Origin: Candidatus Saccharimonadia bacterium | GTDB lineage: Bacteria > Patescibacteriota > SICC01 | Assembly: GCA_025449535.1 (NCBI GenBank) | Contig: JANWJF010000001.1 | Coordinates: 485,136 to 549,135 of the forward strand | Reading direction: 5' to 3' | DNA length: 64,000 nt | Shown: one piece after another, positions 8,785 through 19,283 of the stretch | How positions within the stretch are numbered: position 1 is the stretch's first letter | Layout of the letters: every line of letters starts with the position of its first letter | Program-made: the position numbers and the translations under genes | Notes under the pieces: generated by a model | What the model was told of the DNA's origin: nothing | Database searches by the model: none | The model's input: the letters and a program-made list of their open reading frames with translations, nothing else

Positions 8785-9990
8785 ATGGCCGACTTCACCA
8801 AGGTCCGGACCGACTTCCCGGCGCTCACAGACGACTCCGCCTACCTGGACTCCGCGGCGACGGCGCAGAAACCGGAGACCGTACTCAAGGCAATGGACGG
8901 ATTCTACCGCGAGCGGTACGCGCCGGTTTCTCGCGGCAAGTACGCTGCCACGGAAGCGGCCACCGCGGAATACCGGGCAGCCCGGGAGGCGGTCGCGTCG
9001 TTCATCGGCGCCTCGGATGCCTCGGAGATCGTCTTTACGCAGAACGCCACTGCCTCGATCGATCTGGTCGCGCGCTGCTGGGCCATGGCTAACCTCGGCA
9101 AGGGCGACTCGATCCTGTTGACTGAGATGGAACACCATTCGAACTTCGTCCCGTGGCGGCTGTTGGCGGAGGCGCGCGGACTGGAGCTGCGTCTCGCGAA
9201 AATTGATGGGCATGGAACGCTGGATATCAATGACTTCAAGCGGAAGCTTCCCGGCGCGAAGCTCGTCGCGGTGACCCATGCTTCGAACGTGCTGGGGACG
9301 ATCAATCCGGTCACGAAGCTGGCGGCCCTGGCGCACGAGGCGGGGGCGAAGCTCCTGGTCGACGGGGCGCAGGCCGTCCCGGGCTTACCCGTCGACGTCG
9401 GGAAGCTAGGAGCGGACTGGTACGCGTTCAGCGGGCATAAGGCATACGGCCCGACCGGCATCGGTGTGCTCTGGACGCGGCGGGAGGTATATAGGGAGAT
9501 GACCCCGGCATTCGGAGGAGGCGGAACGGTCGGCAAAGTGACGTCGAAGAGTACGACGTTCCTCGACCCGCCCGCGAAGTTCGAGGCCGGGACGCCGCCG
9601 GTGGCGGAAGCGATCGGCCTGGCGGCGGCGTTGGAATACCTGGAGAAGATCGGCATGGGAAACGTGCGCAGCCACGCTGAGTCGATCACCACCCGGGCCC
9701 TGGAAACGCTACAGGGGATCGACGGCGTGACGGTGCTCGGCCCGCCCGATGCGAAGGATCGCGTGGGGCTGGTGACGTTCCTGCTGGACGGCGTCCATCC
9801 GGGCGACCTGGCGGTCAGCCTCGACCACGACGGCGTCGCGATCCGCTCCGAGCAGCAGTGCACGCAGCCGCTGCACCAGGCACTGGGTCTCGAGGCAAGC
9901 GCCCGCGCGAGCTTCGGGATTTATACGGACGAAAGCGACATCGACCGGCTGCATAGGTCATTGCTTTCGGCAAAGAAGACATTGGTTTGA
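8785..9990 (+). CDS. sufS: cysteine desulfurase (aminotransferase class V, SufS-like)
   Basis: PLP-lysine motif SGHKAYGPTGIGVLW; C-terminal active-site Cys region. Confidence 0.8.
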   Translation: MADFTKVRTDFPALTDDSAYLDSAATAQKPETVLKAMDGFYRERYAPVSRGKYAATEAATAEYRAAREAVASFIGASDASEIVFTQNATASIDLVARCWAMANLGKGDSILLTEMEHHSNFVPWRLLAEARGLELRLAKIDGHGTLDINDFKRKLPGAKLVAVTHASNVLGTINPVTKLAALAHEAGAKLLVDGAQAVPGLPVDVGKLGADWYAFSGHKAYGPTGIGVLWTRREVYREMTPAFGGGGTVGKVTSKSTTFLDPPAKFEAGTPPVAEAIGLAAALEYLEKIGMGNVRSHAESITTRALETLQGIDGVTVLGPPDAKDRVGLVTFLLDGVHPGDLAVSLDHDGVAIRSEQQCTQPLHQALGLEASARASFGIYTDESDIDRLHRSLLSAKKTLV

Positions 9991-10004
9991 TACAGTAAGC
10001 GGCC

Positions 10005-10502
10005 ATGGCTAGGATCGACCAGCGAGATGCCGCCGAGCGCGCCCGCGAGTATGAGCGATTGGAAGCAGGCTCCCTTCGGGCGGCCGCGCACGCGCTCCGG
10101 GAGACGTTCGGTCCCCACAAGGAGTTTCCGAATGCGGACGGCAGCGAAACGTTCGTGGTGAAGATCGCGGGACCGAGCGCGCCGCCCAGGCAGGGGTGGC
10201 GGTCTCCTCTCGATACTCGGCCCGTGCCGCAAGGCGCGCCGCTCGAAGTGTTGGCCTATCGCAGGTTACGTGATGGATCGGTCAGCGGAGCGTTCTTCGC
10301 GGTCATCGATGACCGCGACCATCCGGCGTTCCCTGACGTCGGTGCTCCGGAACATCCATTCTCGGGGAACTGGGCCGGCGAACTGTCCAACGACACGCGG
10401 ATGGGTCTTTTGACCTCGATTATGTGGGAGTTAGTGCACGGATTGCCGGAGGATAAGATATTCGGGCTTCACGACCGGCCACCCTTGGGCCACCAGCGGT
10501 AA
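10005..10502 (+). CDS. hypothetical protein (3' end overlaps convergent MGMT gene by about 34 nt)
   Basis: ORF track only. Confidence 0.35.
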   Translation: MARIDQRDAAERAREYERLEAGSLRAAAHALRETFGPHKEFPNADGSETFVVKIAGPSAPPRQGWRSPLDTRPVPQGAPLEVLAYRRLRDGSVSGAFFAVIDDRDHPAFPDVGAPEHPFSGNWAGELSNDTRMGLLTSIMWELVHGLPEDKIFGLHDRPPLGHQR

Positions 10503-10792
10503 CGCTCGACGTCGCAGGTGAACTCCTTCGGATCGACGGCGATCCCTTCGGCCTCGACCTCCGCACGGTGGGTCGGCATGCCGCCGGGATAGCCCGGCGC
10601 CATCCGGCCGTGCCGGTTCACAACGCGATGCCAGGGTAGTTCCGGGTCGCCATAGTGCGCCACGAACCCGACGGCCTGCGCCTTGCGGGGCGCGCCGAGG
10701 ATGGCCGCGATCTGGCCGTACGTCATCACCCGGCCGCGGGGAATCTTCCGGACCAGCGCCTCGACCTGCTGTTTGAACGTCAGCTCAGGCAT
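10469..10792 (-). CDS. MGMT family (alkyltransferase-like DNA-binding domain) protein
   Basis: PWHRVVNRHG motif of the O6-methylguanine methyltransferase DNA-binding domain. Confidence 0.7.
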   Translation of the reverse strand: MPELTFKQQVEALVRKIPRGRVMTYGQIAAILGAPRKAQAVGFVAHYGDPELPWHRVVNRHGRMAPGYPGGMPTHRAEVEAEGIAVDPKEFTCDVERYRWWPKGGRS

Positions 10793-12257
10793 TCGAGAGG
10801 TACTCGAGCAGCAGCCGCGTCCCGAAGCCGGAACCGCCCTTCTTGGTGTACCCGGAGTCCCTGTCCGGGGTAGCCGGGCCGCCGATGTCGAGGTGGACCC
10901 ACGGGACCGTGCCTACGAAGTGCTTGAGTAGCAGCGGTCCGGAAAGGGTGTAGGCGCGTCCCGACACGATGTTCGAGAAGTCCGCCACCTCGCTCTTGGT
11001 CATGTCGTCGTACTCAGCCGGGAACGGCAGCGGCCAGACCTTCTCGCCGGTGCGCTCCCCGGCTTCCCGAAGTTTCTTCTCCAATCCCGGCTTGGTCGCG
11101 AAGATCGCCGCGTACGACGGGCCCAGGCTGATGTCCGTGGCGGTCAGGGTTGCCAGGTCGATGATCTCGTCCGGCTTGTCCTTGGCGGCCGTGTGGGCCA
11201 AGGCGTCGGCCAGGGTCAGCCGTCCCTCCGCGTCGGTGTTGCCGACCTCGATGGTCTTGCCGTTGAACGTCTTCACCACGTCGCCGGGCTTGTAAGCGGC
11301 TCCGCCAAGCAGGTTCTCGACCGCCGGCAGATACCCGGTCACCCGATGCTTCACGCCGAGCTTCTTCAGCGCGCTCATCGCGCCAAGTACCGCCGCGCCG
11401 CCGGACATATCCAGTTTCATCGACTCCAGGCTGCCGCCGCGGGTCGGCTTGATGTTGATGCCGCCGGCGTCGTAGGTGACGCTCTTGCCCACCAGGACGA
11501 CGTGTTTCTTCGAACGGGTCTTCGGCCGGTAGGTCAGCTTGATGAACTGCGGCGGCTCGTCCGAACCTTTGGCTACGGCCAGGGTCGCGCCGAGTCCTGC
11601 TCGCTTCATCTCGGCCGGGCCGAGTACGGAGATACCGAGGCCGCTCTGCTTCGCGATCACCCGGGCTTCCTTCGCGAACTGCTTGGGGGTCAGGTGGGAC
11701 GGCGGCTCGTTGGCGAGGTCGCGGGCCAGGACCTGCGCTTCGGCGGTCACCCTGCCGCGGTCCCAGGCCCGCTTCAGGGCGGCGGCGTACGCCGGGGTCG
11801 GCTTCGGCGTGATCGCGACGATTCCCAATGGCTTCCGGGCCTTGCCGCTCTTATGCTTGGTGAACTTATAATCGCCGAGGAGGAGTCCTTCCGCGCAGGC
11901 GGACAGCACCCCGGCGCTCTTGGCCGGCGGCGCCATCAGGGCGAGCGAGTACAGGTGGTGCTGGCGGGCGAACGGCGCCAGGCTCCCGTTGATCTTGCGG
12001 ATGTCCTCGTCGGATCCGCCGGTGCCCACCCCCGCGACCAGCAACCAGGAGCATTTGAGGCCCTGCGGCGCCGGCAGCAGGAACTGCTCCCCGACCGTGC
12101 CCTTGGCCTTACGGCGCTTGGCTTCCCGATCGATATCCTTCAAATCCGCGGCCGAGAGGTACGCCGCGAAGTCCTTGGGCACACCTTTGCCTTTGACGAA
12201 AGAAACGACGAATGCATCGGTGCCTCGGGGAATCGTCTTGGAAACGTGAAATTTCAT
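10785..12257 (-). CDS. pepA: leucyl aminopeptidase, M17 family
   Basis: NTDAEGRL signature and M17 catalytic-domain conservation. Confidence 0.85.
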   Translation of the reverse strand: MKFHVSKTIPRGTDAFVVSFVKGKGVPKDFAAYLSAADLKDIDREAKRRKAKGTVGEQFLLPAPQGLKCSWLLVAGVGTGGSDEDIRKINGSLAPFARQHHLYSLALMAPPAKSAGVLSACAEGLLLGDYKFTKHKSGKARKPLGIVAITPKPTPAYAAALKRAWDRGRVTAEAQVLARDLANEPPSHLTPKQFAKEARVIAKQSGLGISVLGPAEMKRAGLGATLAVAKGSDEPPQFIKLTYRPKTRSKKHVVLVGKSVTYDAGGINIKPTRGGSLESMKLDMSGGAAVLGAMSALKKLGVKHRVTGYLPAVENLLGGAAYKPGDVVKTFNGKTIEVGNTDAEGRLTLADALAHTAAKDKPDEIIDLATLTATDISLGPSYAAIFATKPGLEKKLREAGERTGEKVWPLPFPAEYDDMTKSEVADFSNIVSGRAYTLSGPLLLKHFVGTVPWVHLDIGGPATPDRDSGYTKKGGSGFGTRLLLEYLSNA

Positions 12258-12325
12258 GGTTCGTCCGTAGAATGTAACAGTATCCAGTATATAGGGATAT
12301 CGGATACTAAAAGAATGTGTCCAGG

Positions 12326-12345
12326 ATCGGAACGTGGCGCAGCCT
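12326..12345 (+). repeat. 20-nt direct repeat of the 5' part of tRNA-Pro (cgtggcgcagcctggtagcg)
   Basis: Identical 20-mer at 12326-12345 and inside the tRNA at 12383-12402. Confidence 0.5.
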
Positions 12346-12377
12346 GGTAGCGGACGTTAATAGTTTGTGCAAAAAGT

Positions 12378-12451
12378 CGGGGCGTGGCGCAGCCTGGTAG
12401 CGCGCACCGTTCGGGTCGGTGAGGTCGCCAGTTCGAATCTGGCCGCCCCGA
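12378..12451 (+). tRNA. tRNA-Pro (CGG)
   Basis: Acceptor cggggcg/cgccccg, anticodon loop uuCGGgu, T-loop GTTCGAATC; no encoded CCA. Confidence 0.85.
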
Positions 12452-12517
12452 CTTTTTGCACAACGCAGGCAAGCCTGTGCCCAGGCGCCGAATCTGTCAT
12501 TATGATGGCGCGTTGAT

Positions 12518-13657
12518 ATGGCCAAAGGCGATTCAAACCGGGACGGCGACGCGGCGGGCACGCCCCAGCCGAGCGTCACGCAGCAGATCCTGACCTCGAT
12601 CGTCCAGAACACGGACGACGCGGTGATCAGCCGTGACCTCGACGGCAAGATCCTCACGTGGAACAAGGGCGCCGAGCGCCTGTACGGTTACAAGATGTCC
12701 GAGGCGGTCGGGAAGCCGGTCAGTATCATCGTGCCGGACGACCTGCCGCCGGACGACCGCGACGTCGTCAGGCGGATCCGCCGCGGCGAGCACGTCGAGC
12801 ACTACGTCACCACGCGGCAGCGCAAGGACGGCAGCAAGGTGGTGGTGGACCTCACGGTCTCGCCGCTCCGGGACAAGCGGGGCCGGTTCATCGGCATCTC
12901 CAGCATCGCCCGTGACATCACCGAGCAGAGCATGATGCTCAAGCGGCAGCGCGAGTTCATCTCCATCGCCTCGCACGAGCTGCGGACCCCGCTGACGGCC
13001 CTCACCGGGTACCTGGCCCTCTCGCAGGGTGCGGACGATCCGCTCCAGGCCAACGAGTTCACCCGGCGGGCGTACCAAGCCGCGCAGCGCCTGACCAAGC
13101 TGGTCGAGGACCTGCTCGAGGTAGCGCGACTGGAGGAGGACCGGGTGGTCCTCGACCTCGCGCCGTTCAATCCGTCGGCGATCGTCGAGGAGTCGGTGCA
13201 GGAGCTGGCACCGGTGGTTCGTCAGAAGCGGCTCCAGCTCCGGCTGAAGGACGAACTCACCGGCCGGGACCTGGTCAAGGTCGACCCGGTGAAGTTCCAC
13301 CAGATCGTCCGGAACCTGCTCGACAATGCTCTCAAGTACACGCCGTCCGGCGGGCGGGTCAGCGTGAACCTGACGTCGTCCGGCGACGTGGTCCGGATCC
13401 GAATCAAGGACACAGGCATCGGCATCGACGAGAAGAACCTGGAGAAGATCTTCGATAAATTCTTCCGCGAGTACACGGAGCTGTCCGTGCACGCCGGCGG
13501 CACGGGATTAGGTCTGTTCATCACCAAGCAGCTCGTGGATCGGATGGGCGGCACGCTGGCGATCCGCTCCCGCCGCCAGCAGGGCACCGCCGTGACGCTC
13601 GAGTTCCCGAAGGCCAAGGTGCGGAAGCGGAAGACTGCCGCCAAGCGGAAGAAGTAG
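12518..13657 (+). CDS. PAS domain sensor histidine kinase
   Basis: H-box ISIASHELRTPLTAL, G2 box GGTGLGLFI; N-terminal PAS. Confidence 0.8.
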   Translation: MAKGDSNRDGDAAGTPQPSVTQQILTSIVQNTDDAVISRDLDGKILTWNKGAERLYGYKMSEAVGKPVSIIVPDDLPPDDRDVVRRIRRGEHVEHYVTTRQRKDGSKVVVDLTVSPLRDKRGRFIGISSIARDITEQSMMLKRQREFISIASHELRTPLTALTGYLALSQGADDPLQANEFTRRAYQAAQRLTKLVEDLLEVARLEEDRVVLDLAPFNPSAIVEESVQELAPVVRQKRLQLRLKDELTGRDLVKVDPVKFHQIVRNLLDNALKYTPSGGRVSVNLTSSGDVVRIRIKDTGIGIDEKNLEKIFDKFFREYTELSVHAGGTGLGLFITKQLVDRMGGTLAIRSRRQQGTAVTLEFPKAKVRKRKTAAKRKK

Positions 13658-13698
13658 AAGCCTGCCCCGCTTGCTACAATGCAGGCAAAGAAATAAAT

Positions 13699-15066
13699 AT
13701 GACCCGCACGCTCACCATCACCTCACCGATAGACGGTTCGGTCGTCGGGACGGTCCCGCGCCGGACCGCCCGCGACGTCCGCACCGCGTACTCCCGCCTG
13801 GCCAAGGCGCAGCGGGAATTCGCGTCCGCGCCGCTCGCCGAACGGCTCCGGGTGACCAAGCTGCTCGCGACGACGCTCCTTGAGAACCGGAAGAAACTCG
13901 CCGACCTGCTGGTCCGCGAGATCGGCAAGACGCCGGCCGAGGCGGACACGGAGGTCATCCGGACGGCGGACATCGTCACGGGGACGATCCGCGAGGCCAA
14001 GCGCCAGCGGCCGGAAGTGATCAAGGACGCCGGGAATCCAAAACGGCGGCAGGAGGTCGGCCGGATGCCGCTGGGCGTGGTCCTGGCGATCAGCCCGTTC
14101 AACTATCCGATCAACTTGGCGATCACCAAACTGGCCCCGGCCTTGGCCGCGGGCAACGCGGTGCTCTGGAAGCCGTCCACCCAAGGTTCGGTCGTGGCGA
14201 CGCGGTTCGCGCAGGGACTCTACGCGGCGGGCTTCCCCCGACAGCTCCTCGCCGTGATCACCGGCAGCGGTTCCGAACTGGGAGAAGCCTTGGTGACCGA
14301 CCCGCAGTGCGGCATGGTCTCGATGACCGGCAGCACGGAGACGGGGCAGTGGATCGCGGGGCGCACTGGCGCGATTCCGCTCTTCCTCGAGCTCGGCGGG
14401 AACGACCCGGCGATCGTCCTGGCGGATGCGGACCTCGACCTGGCGGCGAAGCACATCGTCGGCGGGGCGTTCAAGCTGGCCGGCCAGCGCTGCACCGCGG
14501 TCAAACGGGTGTATGTCGTCCGGTCCGTGGCCGACCGGCTGGTGCGGAAGATCGATGCCGAGGTCGCCAAGCTCGGTCCCGCCGGCGACCCGCGCGAGCA
14601 TCCCATCGGGCCGCTGGTCGACGACTCGGCCGCGCGGCGCCAGCGTCGATTGATCGCGGACGCCAGGAAGCGCGGTGCGAAGGTGATCCGCGGCGGTACG
14701 GTCCACGGTCGCTACGTGGAGCCGACGTTGCTCGACAAGGTCCCGCAGCGCGCCGCCGTCGTGCGGGAGGAACAGTTCGGTCCGGTATTGCCGGTCATCC
14801 GGGTGAAGGATGCGGACGAAGCGGTCCGGCTCGCGAACGACACGGAGTACGGCCTGCAGGCCAGCGTCTTCTCACGGAACGCGAAGCGCGCCCGCGCGGT
14901 CGCGGATCGGATCGACGCCGGCGGCGTCCATCTGAACGGCCCGGACCAGCGCGGCCCGGACAACTTCCTGTTCACCGGTCACAAGGGTTCCGGCCTCGGC
15001 GCCCAAGGCATCCGGTTCGCCCTGGAGTCGATGAGCAAGCCGAAGACGACGGTTACGAACCGGTAA
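13699..15066 (+). CDS. NAD(P)-dependent aldehyde dehydrogenase family protein
   Basis: FLELGGNDP and catalytic Cys region GQRCTAVKRVYV. Confidence 0.85.
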   Translation: MTRTLTITSPIDGSVVGTVPRRTARDVRTAYSRLAKAQREFASAPLAERLRVTKLLATTLLENRKKLADLLVREIGKTPAEADTEVIRTADIVTGTIREAKRQRPEVIKDAGNPKRRQEVGRMPLGVVLAISPFNYPINLAITKLAPALAAGNAVLWKPSTQGSVVATRFAQGLYAAGFPRQLLAVITGSGSELGEALVTDPQCGMVSMTGSTETGQWIAGRTGAIPLFLELGGNDPAIVLADADLDLAAKHIVGGAFKLAGQRCTAVKRVYVVRSVADRLVRKIDAEVAKLGPAGDPREHPIGPLVDDSAARRQRRLIADARKRGAKVIRGGTVHGRYVEPTLLDKVPQRAAVVREEQFGPVLPVIRVKDADEAVRLANDTEYGLQASVFSRNAKRARAVADRIDAGGVHLNGPDQRGPDNFLFTGHKGSGLGAQGIRFALESMSKPKTTVTNR

Positions 15067-15132
15067 GCTTTCCAGACCGCTCTGACTCTTGACATAAGGG
15101 CCGTTTTGTGTTTCAATTAAGCAATTTTTGCA

Positions 15133-16212
15133 ATGAAACACACACCAATAAAAAGTAGGTCGCGGCTGCTTCTCGCCCTGTTCGCCTGCCTGACGCTGGT
15201 CGGGACGGCGGCTCCGGCCGGGGCGCAAGGCGGCTCGGTGGCCCGGGACCAGAACCACCTCGAGTCGTTGGACGAAGAGATCCTCTCGCTGGCGGCGCGG
15301 ATCCCCGAGCTGCGCAAACAGATCGCGGAGACCGAGGAACTGCAGAAGGACACTGCGAGGAAGGTCGCCGCGGCCGAGCACGAGGAGGCCGAGCTGCGGC
15401 CGAAGCTGGAGGCGGCCGTCGCGGAGTACCGCCGGTCGGTGGACGCGCTGAAGGAAGCGATCCAGATCGACTACGAAGCCGAGGATCCGGGCGTGGTCGA
15501 GCTGGCGGCGGAGAGCGGGACGCTGAGCGAGAAGTTCAGCCGGGCCAGCTATCGTGCCGCCATCGGCGAGTCGTTCGAACGGCTGGCGGAGGACGCGGAG
15601 GACGCGGAAGCGAAACTCCGGCAGCAGAAGGACCGGCTGGACGGCACGATCGGTTCGCTCGAGGTGCTGCAGCGCCAGCAGCAGGCGTTGGAGCTGGGGC
15701 TTGAGGACCAGAAGCGCGAGCTGGCGGAGTCGATCGACAACCGCGAGGACGAGGCGCAGTACCTGCGCGTGCGGATCACCCGGGCCAAGGCGGTGCGGGA
15801 CGGCCTGCTGACGGCGTCACTCGGTGGGGCGTTCACCGAGGGCGAACGGGTGGAGCGCGGCGATGTGGTCGGGTTCGAAGGCTCGACCGGGTTCTCGACC
15901 GGCTGCCATACGCACTTCTCGGTGATCGACGGCGGTCGCTGGGCCGACCCGGCGCTCTACTGGCGCGAGCTGGCCAAGCCCGCGGGACAGATCTTCCAGC
16001 CGTTCGGCATGACCGACTGGGCGAAGCGCGGCGTTTACGGCGGTAACGTCCACAACGGCATCGACTTCGTGCAGGGCTGCGGCAACGCGGTCCGGACCGC
16101 GGCGGACGGCGTGATCATCCGCGACATCCGGAACGACGGCTCCGGCTTCGGCCACTATGTGATGGTCCGCCATAAGGGCGGCATCATCACGCTATACGCG
16201 CACCTGATCTAA
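15133..16212 (+). CDS. M23 family peptidase with signal peptide and coiled-coil N-terminal domain
   Basis: HxxxD/HxH-type M23 core (GFSTGCHTHFSV); signal-peptide-like N-terminus. Confidence 0.8.
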   Translation: MKHTPIKSRSRLLLALFACLTLVGTAAPAGAQGGSVARDQNHLESLDEEILSLAARIPELRKQIAETEELQKDTARKVAAAEHEEAELRPKLEAAVAEYRRSVDALKEAIQIDYEAEDPGVVELAAESGTLSEKFSRASYRAAIGESFERLAEDAEDAEAKLRQQKDRLDGTIGSLEVLQRQQQALELGLEDQKRELAESIDNREDEAQYLRVRITRAKAVRDGLLTASLGGAFTEGERVERGDVVGFEGSTGFSTGCHTHFSVIDGGRWADPALYWRELAKPAGQIFQPFGMTDWAKRGVYGGNVHNGIDFVQGCGNAVRTAADGVIIRDIRNDGSGFGHYVMVRHKGGIITLYAHLI

Positions 16213-17168
16213 TCTGGCTGTCCAAGGCGGACCGCTCCCCGGCGGATGGCTTCCTTCTCGACGGCCTTGTCCTCGAGGTATCGCCACGATTCGCCGCACC
16301 CTTTGCACCCGGTGATGTGGTTCCGCATCCGTGCGGCCGTTTCCTCGCCGATAACGTCGATGTTCCCTCGATGTAACGCCCCCATGCGGGTGGTGCTAAT
16401 GTGGGTCATCGGCCCAACGAAGAACGGATTGCGTACGTCTAGCGCGATTCCCTCGAATACGGCTTTGACGGCATCCGTGGCGCTGTCGACCTCGCCCAGC
16501 TTGAGATAGTCCCAGGCATTAAGCCCGTCGCCCTCGTGCGAAGGCTCGACGGTCTGCATGGCTACGCGCAAGGTTTCGACATCCAAGAGCCGTTCTCCTG
16601 CCGTGTTAACCGTGTACAGTAGTTCCGGGCCTTCCTGGATCACGTGGCGTTGGTCGAACCGTAGTTCGGGAATCGCCGCCATCTCTTCCAGCAACTCAAG
16701 ATACTTGGCGGCCCGGTTAAGCGCAGCGAAGTCCGGGGCTTCGGTGGGAGGCTCGGGAAGACCGTCTTCGGGCGAGCCGGGCAGTCCCGCTATCGTGTGC
16801 AGAAACAGTTCCGGGGGCCATTTCGCCAGCTCGGCCAGACGGGTGAAGCGCTCGCGGACCTTCGCAAGGGGAACGGCAGGGTCGGCGGTGTCGTACAGGT
16901 GCTCTCGTCGCTTTTGTTCCCGCTCGTCGGGTTCGGGAAACAGTCCGGCCAAATCGTCGAAACGACCTTCTTGAATCGCAGCTCCCACCCAGTGCAGCTC
17001 GGGCAGTACCGGAGTGGTGCGGCTGAAGAAATCGGGAGCACGTTCGTCCTTTGTTGGGGTGTCTCCTACCGGTCCTTCGGGCATAGTGCTCACACTATAC
17101 ACGGAGGAAGGCGGCCCATCGTCACCTACGTCCGCAGCCAGGGGAATCTCGATGTCGGGATGTCGCAT
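16209..17168 (-). CDS. hypothetical protein (319 aa), last gene of a minus-strand operon
   Basis: ORF track; no known motif; CKGCGE near C-terminus. Confidence 0.5.
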   Translation of the reverse strand: MRHPDIEIPLAADVGDDGPPSSVYSVSTMPEGPVGDTPTKDERAPDFFSRTTPVLPELHWVGAAIQEGRFDDLAGLFPEPDEREQKRREHLYDTADPAVPLAKVRERFTRLAELAKWPPELFLHTIAGLPGSPEDGLPEPPTEAPDFAALNRAAKYLELLEEMAAIPELRFDQRHVIQEGPELLYTVNTAGERLLDVETLRVAMQTVEPSHEGDGLNAWDYLKLGEVDSATDAVKAVFEGIALDVRNPFFVGPMTHISTTRMGALHRGNIDVIGEETAARMRNHITGCKGCGESWRYLEDKAVEKEAIRRGAVRLGQPD

Positions 17169-17212
17169 CGCGACGTCGTCATCGGATTCCCGCTAGCCAC
17201 CACCTGGCTGGA

Positions 17213-17599
17213 TCATGCTTCTTTTTTCGACGGGGCTTCGAGGGCACGGACCACCGGAAGTGAGAACGCCATCGCGATTCCGCCGTAGTAGCAGGCCTCT
17301 GCGATCGTCTCGTCTTCGATGAACATTGACCCGACGAGACCGCCGATGAACCAACAGACCATCCAACAGCCGAGGAAGACGTAGAAGGCCTTCTCCGGCA
17401 GATGGTCCAGTCCCTTCGACAGCAGGACCAGCGCTCCGACAAGGGCCGCCCCGCCGACGATCACGAGCGGCGCGTAGCCGATCACGTCTGCGACGAACGG
17501 CCAGTTCATCACGGCGCCGCCGAAGCCGACCAGGAACGCCATGGCGGTGAACAGGCCGATCGTGGCGTACCCGATGATATTCCACATCGTGTCCCCCAT
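17213..17599 (-). CDS. integral membrane protein (start MGDTMWNII; AAGGAG-like RBS)
   Basis: 4 TM helices; trimmed N-terminal extension of the listed ORF. Confidence 0.5.
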   Translation of the reverse strand: MGDTMWNIIGYATIGLFTAMAFLVGFGGAVMNWPFVADVIGYAPLVIVGGAALVGALVLLSKGLDHLPEKAFYVFLGCWMVCWFIGGLVGSMFIEDETIAEACYYGGIAMAFSLPVVRALEAPSKKEA

Positions 17600-17696
17600 A
17601 CTTCTCCTTTCTCGATCCAGCCGGTGATGGCTGGGTGCGGACGCAGGTTGGTAAAGGTCGCCGACGGGCAACGGTACCACGTGCCGGAACCGGCGG

Positions 17697-18830
17697 CTAG
17701 GCGCCGTACTTCTTCCGGTTGGCGTCGTACAGTTCCTTGAACAGCAACAGTTGCGCGCCGGAGCCGATCACCACAGTGGCGAACGCGACCATCGCCCCGA
17801 TCGTGGGAATCGCGGTGACGAGGTAGTAGATCGCCAGGCCAAGCGTCCCCGCCCCGAAGGCCGGCCAGAACCGGTCGGGGAGCTTCCGGACGAGTGCGCC
17901 GCCGATCGCCAACGCCGCGAAGACCTTGGCGGAGTACAGCACCAGCCCGTAGGCGAACAGGGTGAAGAGGCTGAGCGGTACCCCGACCAAGGAAATCAGC
18001 AGGATGCCGGCCAGCAGCGGCGTCACGAGCAGGAACCCAAGGCCTGCCAGTAGGCTGATGCCCGGTCGGCCGGTGAGGAGTTCGGACGCGTGTACCGCGG
18101 CCCGGCGGGCGTAAAGCAGGATGCCGAGCAGCAGCAGCACCGCGCCGAGGAACCAGAAGATCTGGCCGTTCAGCCGGTCGAGGAACGTCTCTTGTTCCTG
18201 CTCCTGCTTGGAGAAGTCGACGGAACCGTCGACGGTCGAGCCCTTGTCGCGGACCACTTCCTCCGGACCGGAGTAAGTGACGTTGCCGGCGATCCGCGAT
18301 CCCGATGCCAAGCGGAAGTCGCTACCGGTTTCGGCGTCGAGGTTCCCGCCGACGGTCCCGGAGACCTGTAGGGTGTCCGATCCGACCCTGGCGTCACTCC
18401 CGATCGCGCCGACCAGCGTGACGTCCTGTCCGTAACCGACCAGGTCGCCGGCGATGCGGGCGCCCTTGGTCACGTCGAGACTGTTGCCGAAGAGGATCGC
18501 GTCCCGACCGATCCGACCGGAGATGGTCACCTCGGACCCGGCCGCCCGGACCGACCCGCCCACGGTGCCGCGGATATCTACCTTGGCGCCGGCGGCCCAG
18601 ACGTTGCCGGTCACCCGGCCGAGGACGGTGACCTCGGACCCGGCCGCGACCACGTCACCTTCCACCGTCCCGACTATTGTGACGCTGTCGCCGACGGCGT
18701 AGAGGTCGTCCTTGATCACCTGGTCCCGCCCCACGTTGACCACGTCGGCGGCGCGTCCGGTGGCGGCCTGGACCGTCGCCGGGACCAGCAGGCCTCCGAC
18801 CAACGCGACCGCGATGAGCACACGTTTCAT
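17697..18830 (-). CDS. polymer-forming (bactofilin-like) repeat protein with signal peptide and C-terminal 4-TM domain
   Basis: Signal peptide MKRVLIAVALVGGLLVPATVQA; repeated VxGxVxGDV beta-helix motifs; hydrophobic C-terminus. Confidence 0.6.
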   Translation of the reverse strand: MKRVLIAVALVGGLLVPATVQAATGRAADVVNVGRDQVIKDDLYAVGDSVTIVGTVEGDVVAAGSEVTVLGRVTGNVWAAGAKVDIRGTVGGSVRAAGSEVTISGRIGRDAILFGNSLDVTKGARIAGDLVGYGQDVTLVGAIGSDARVGSDTLQVSGTVGGNLDAETGSDFRLASGSRIAGNVTYSGPEEVVRDKGSTVDGSVDFSKQEQEQETFLDRLNGQIFWFLGAVLLLLGILLYARRAAVHASELLTGRPGISLLAGLGFLLVTPLLAGILLISLVGVPLSLFTLFAYGLVLYSAKVFAALAIGGALVRKLPDRFWPAFGAGTLGLAIYYLVTAIPTIGAMVAFATVVIGSGAQLLLFKELYDANRKKYGA

Positions 18831-19008
18831 GCTTTCAATATACGCCATGAATAGCAACAAGCGACCGGGCCAAGGGGGCAAGCCCGATCACTCGCTGCAG
18901 TCGCCCCTGGAGGTGTGCCGTCTCCAGAAGCCAGCCAGCGTAGCAATTAATTCTATGGTTGTCAACAAAAAACGCCCCAAGGGGCGATGTTCGCGGCAAC
19001 CTTCCGAA

Positions 19009-19191
19009 TCAGGCCTCGAACCGGGAGAGCAGCTTGTCGTTCTCCTGGGACAGCTGGCTGAGTAGACGCCGGATCTTCTGGGCGTCGCGCCGGTTCGGCT
19101 TCTCGGCGGCCAAGGCTTCCAGCATATAATCGATATCCTCGTATTCCTCGAGGAGGACTTTGAGCAGATGTTGGACGTATACGGTCTTCAT
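19009..19191 (-). CDS. small alpha-helical protein (60 aa)
   Basis: ORF track; sits between the response regulator and bactofilin-like gene on the same strand. Confidence 0.35.
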   Translation of the reverse strand: MKTVYVQHLLKVLLEEYEDIDYMLEALAAEKPNRRDAQKIRRLLSQLSQENDKLLSRFEA

Positions 19192-19283
19192 GGGTACAAA
19201 AAAACAGCCACGAGATGTGTCTGTTTCCTCCGTTTCCCTTGCGGGACCAGCATTATGCGCCGCTCTCCAGGCAGTGTCAACGC

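Noticed and set aside
12254-12472. 72-aa ORF on the minus strand covering tRNA-Pro
   Set aside because: Entirely overprints a tRNA gene and its flanking inverted repeat; no RBS.
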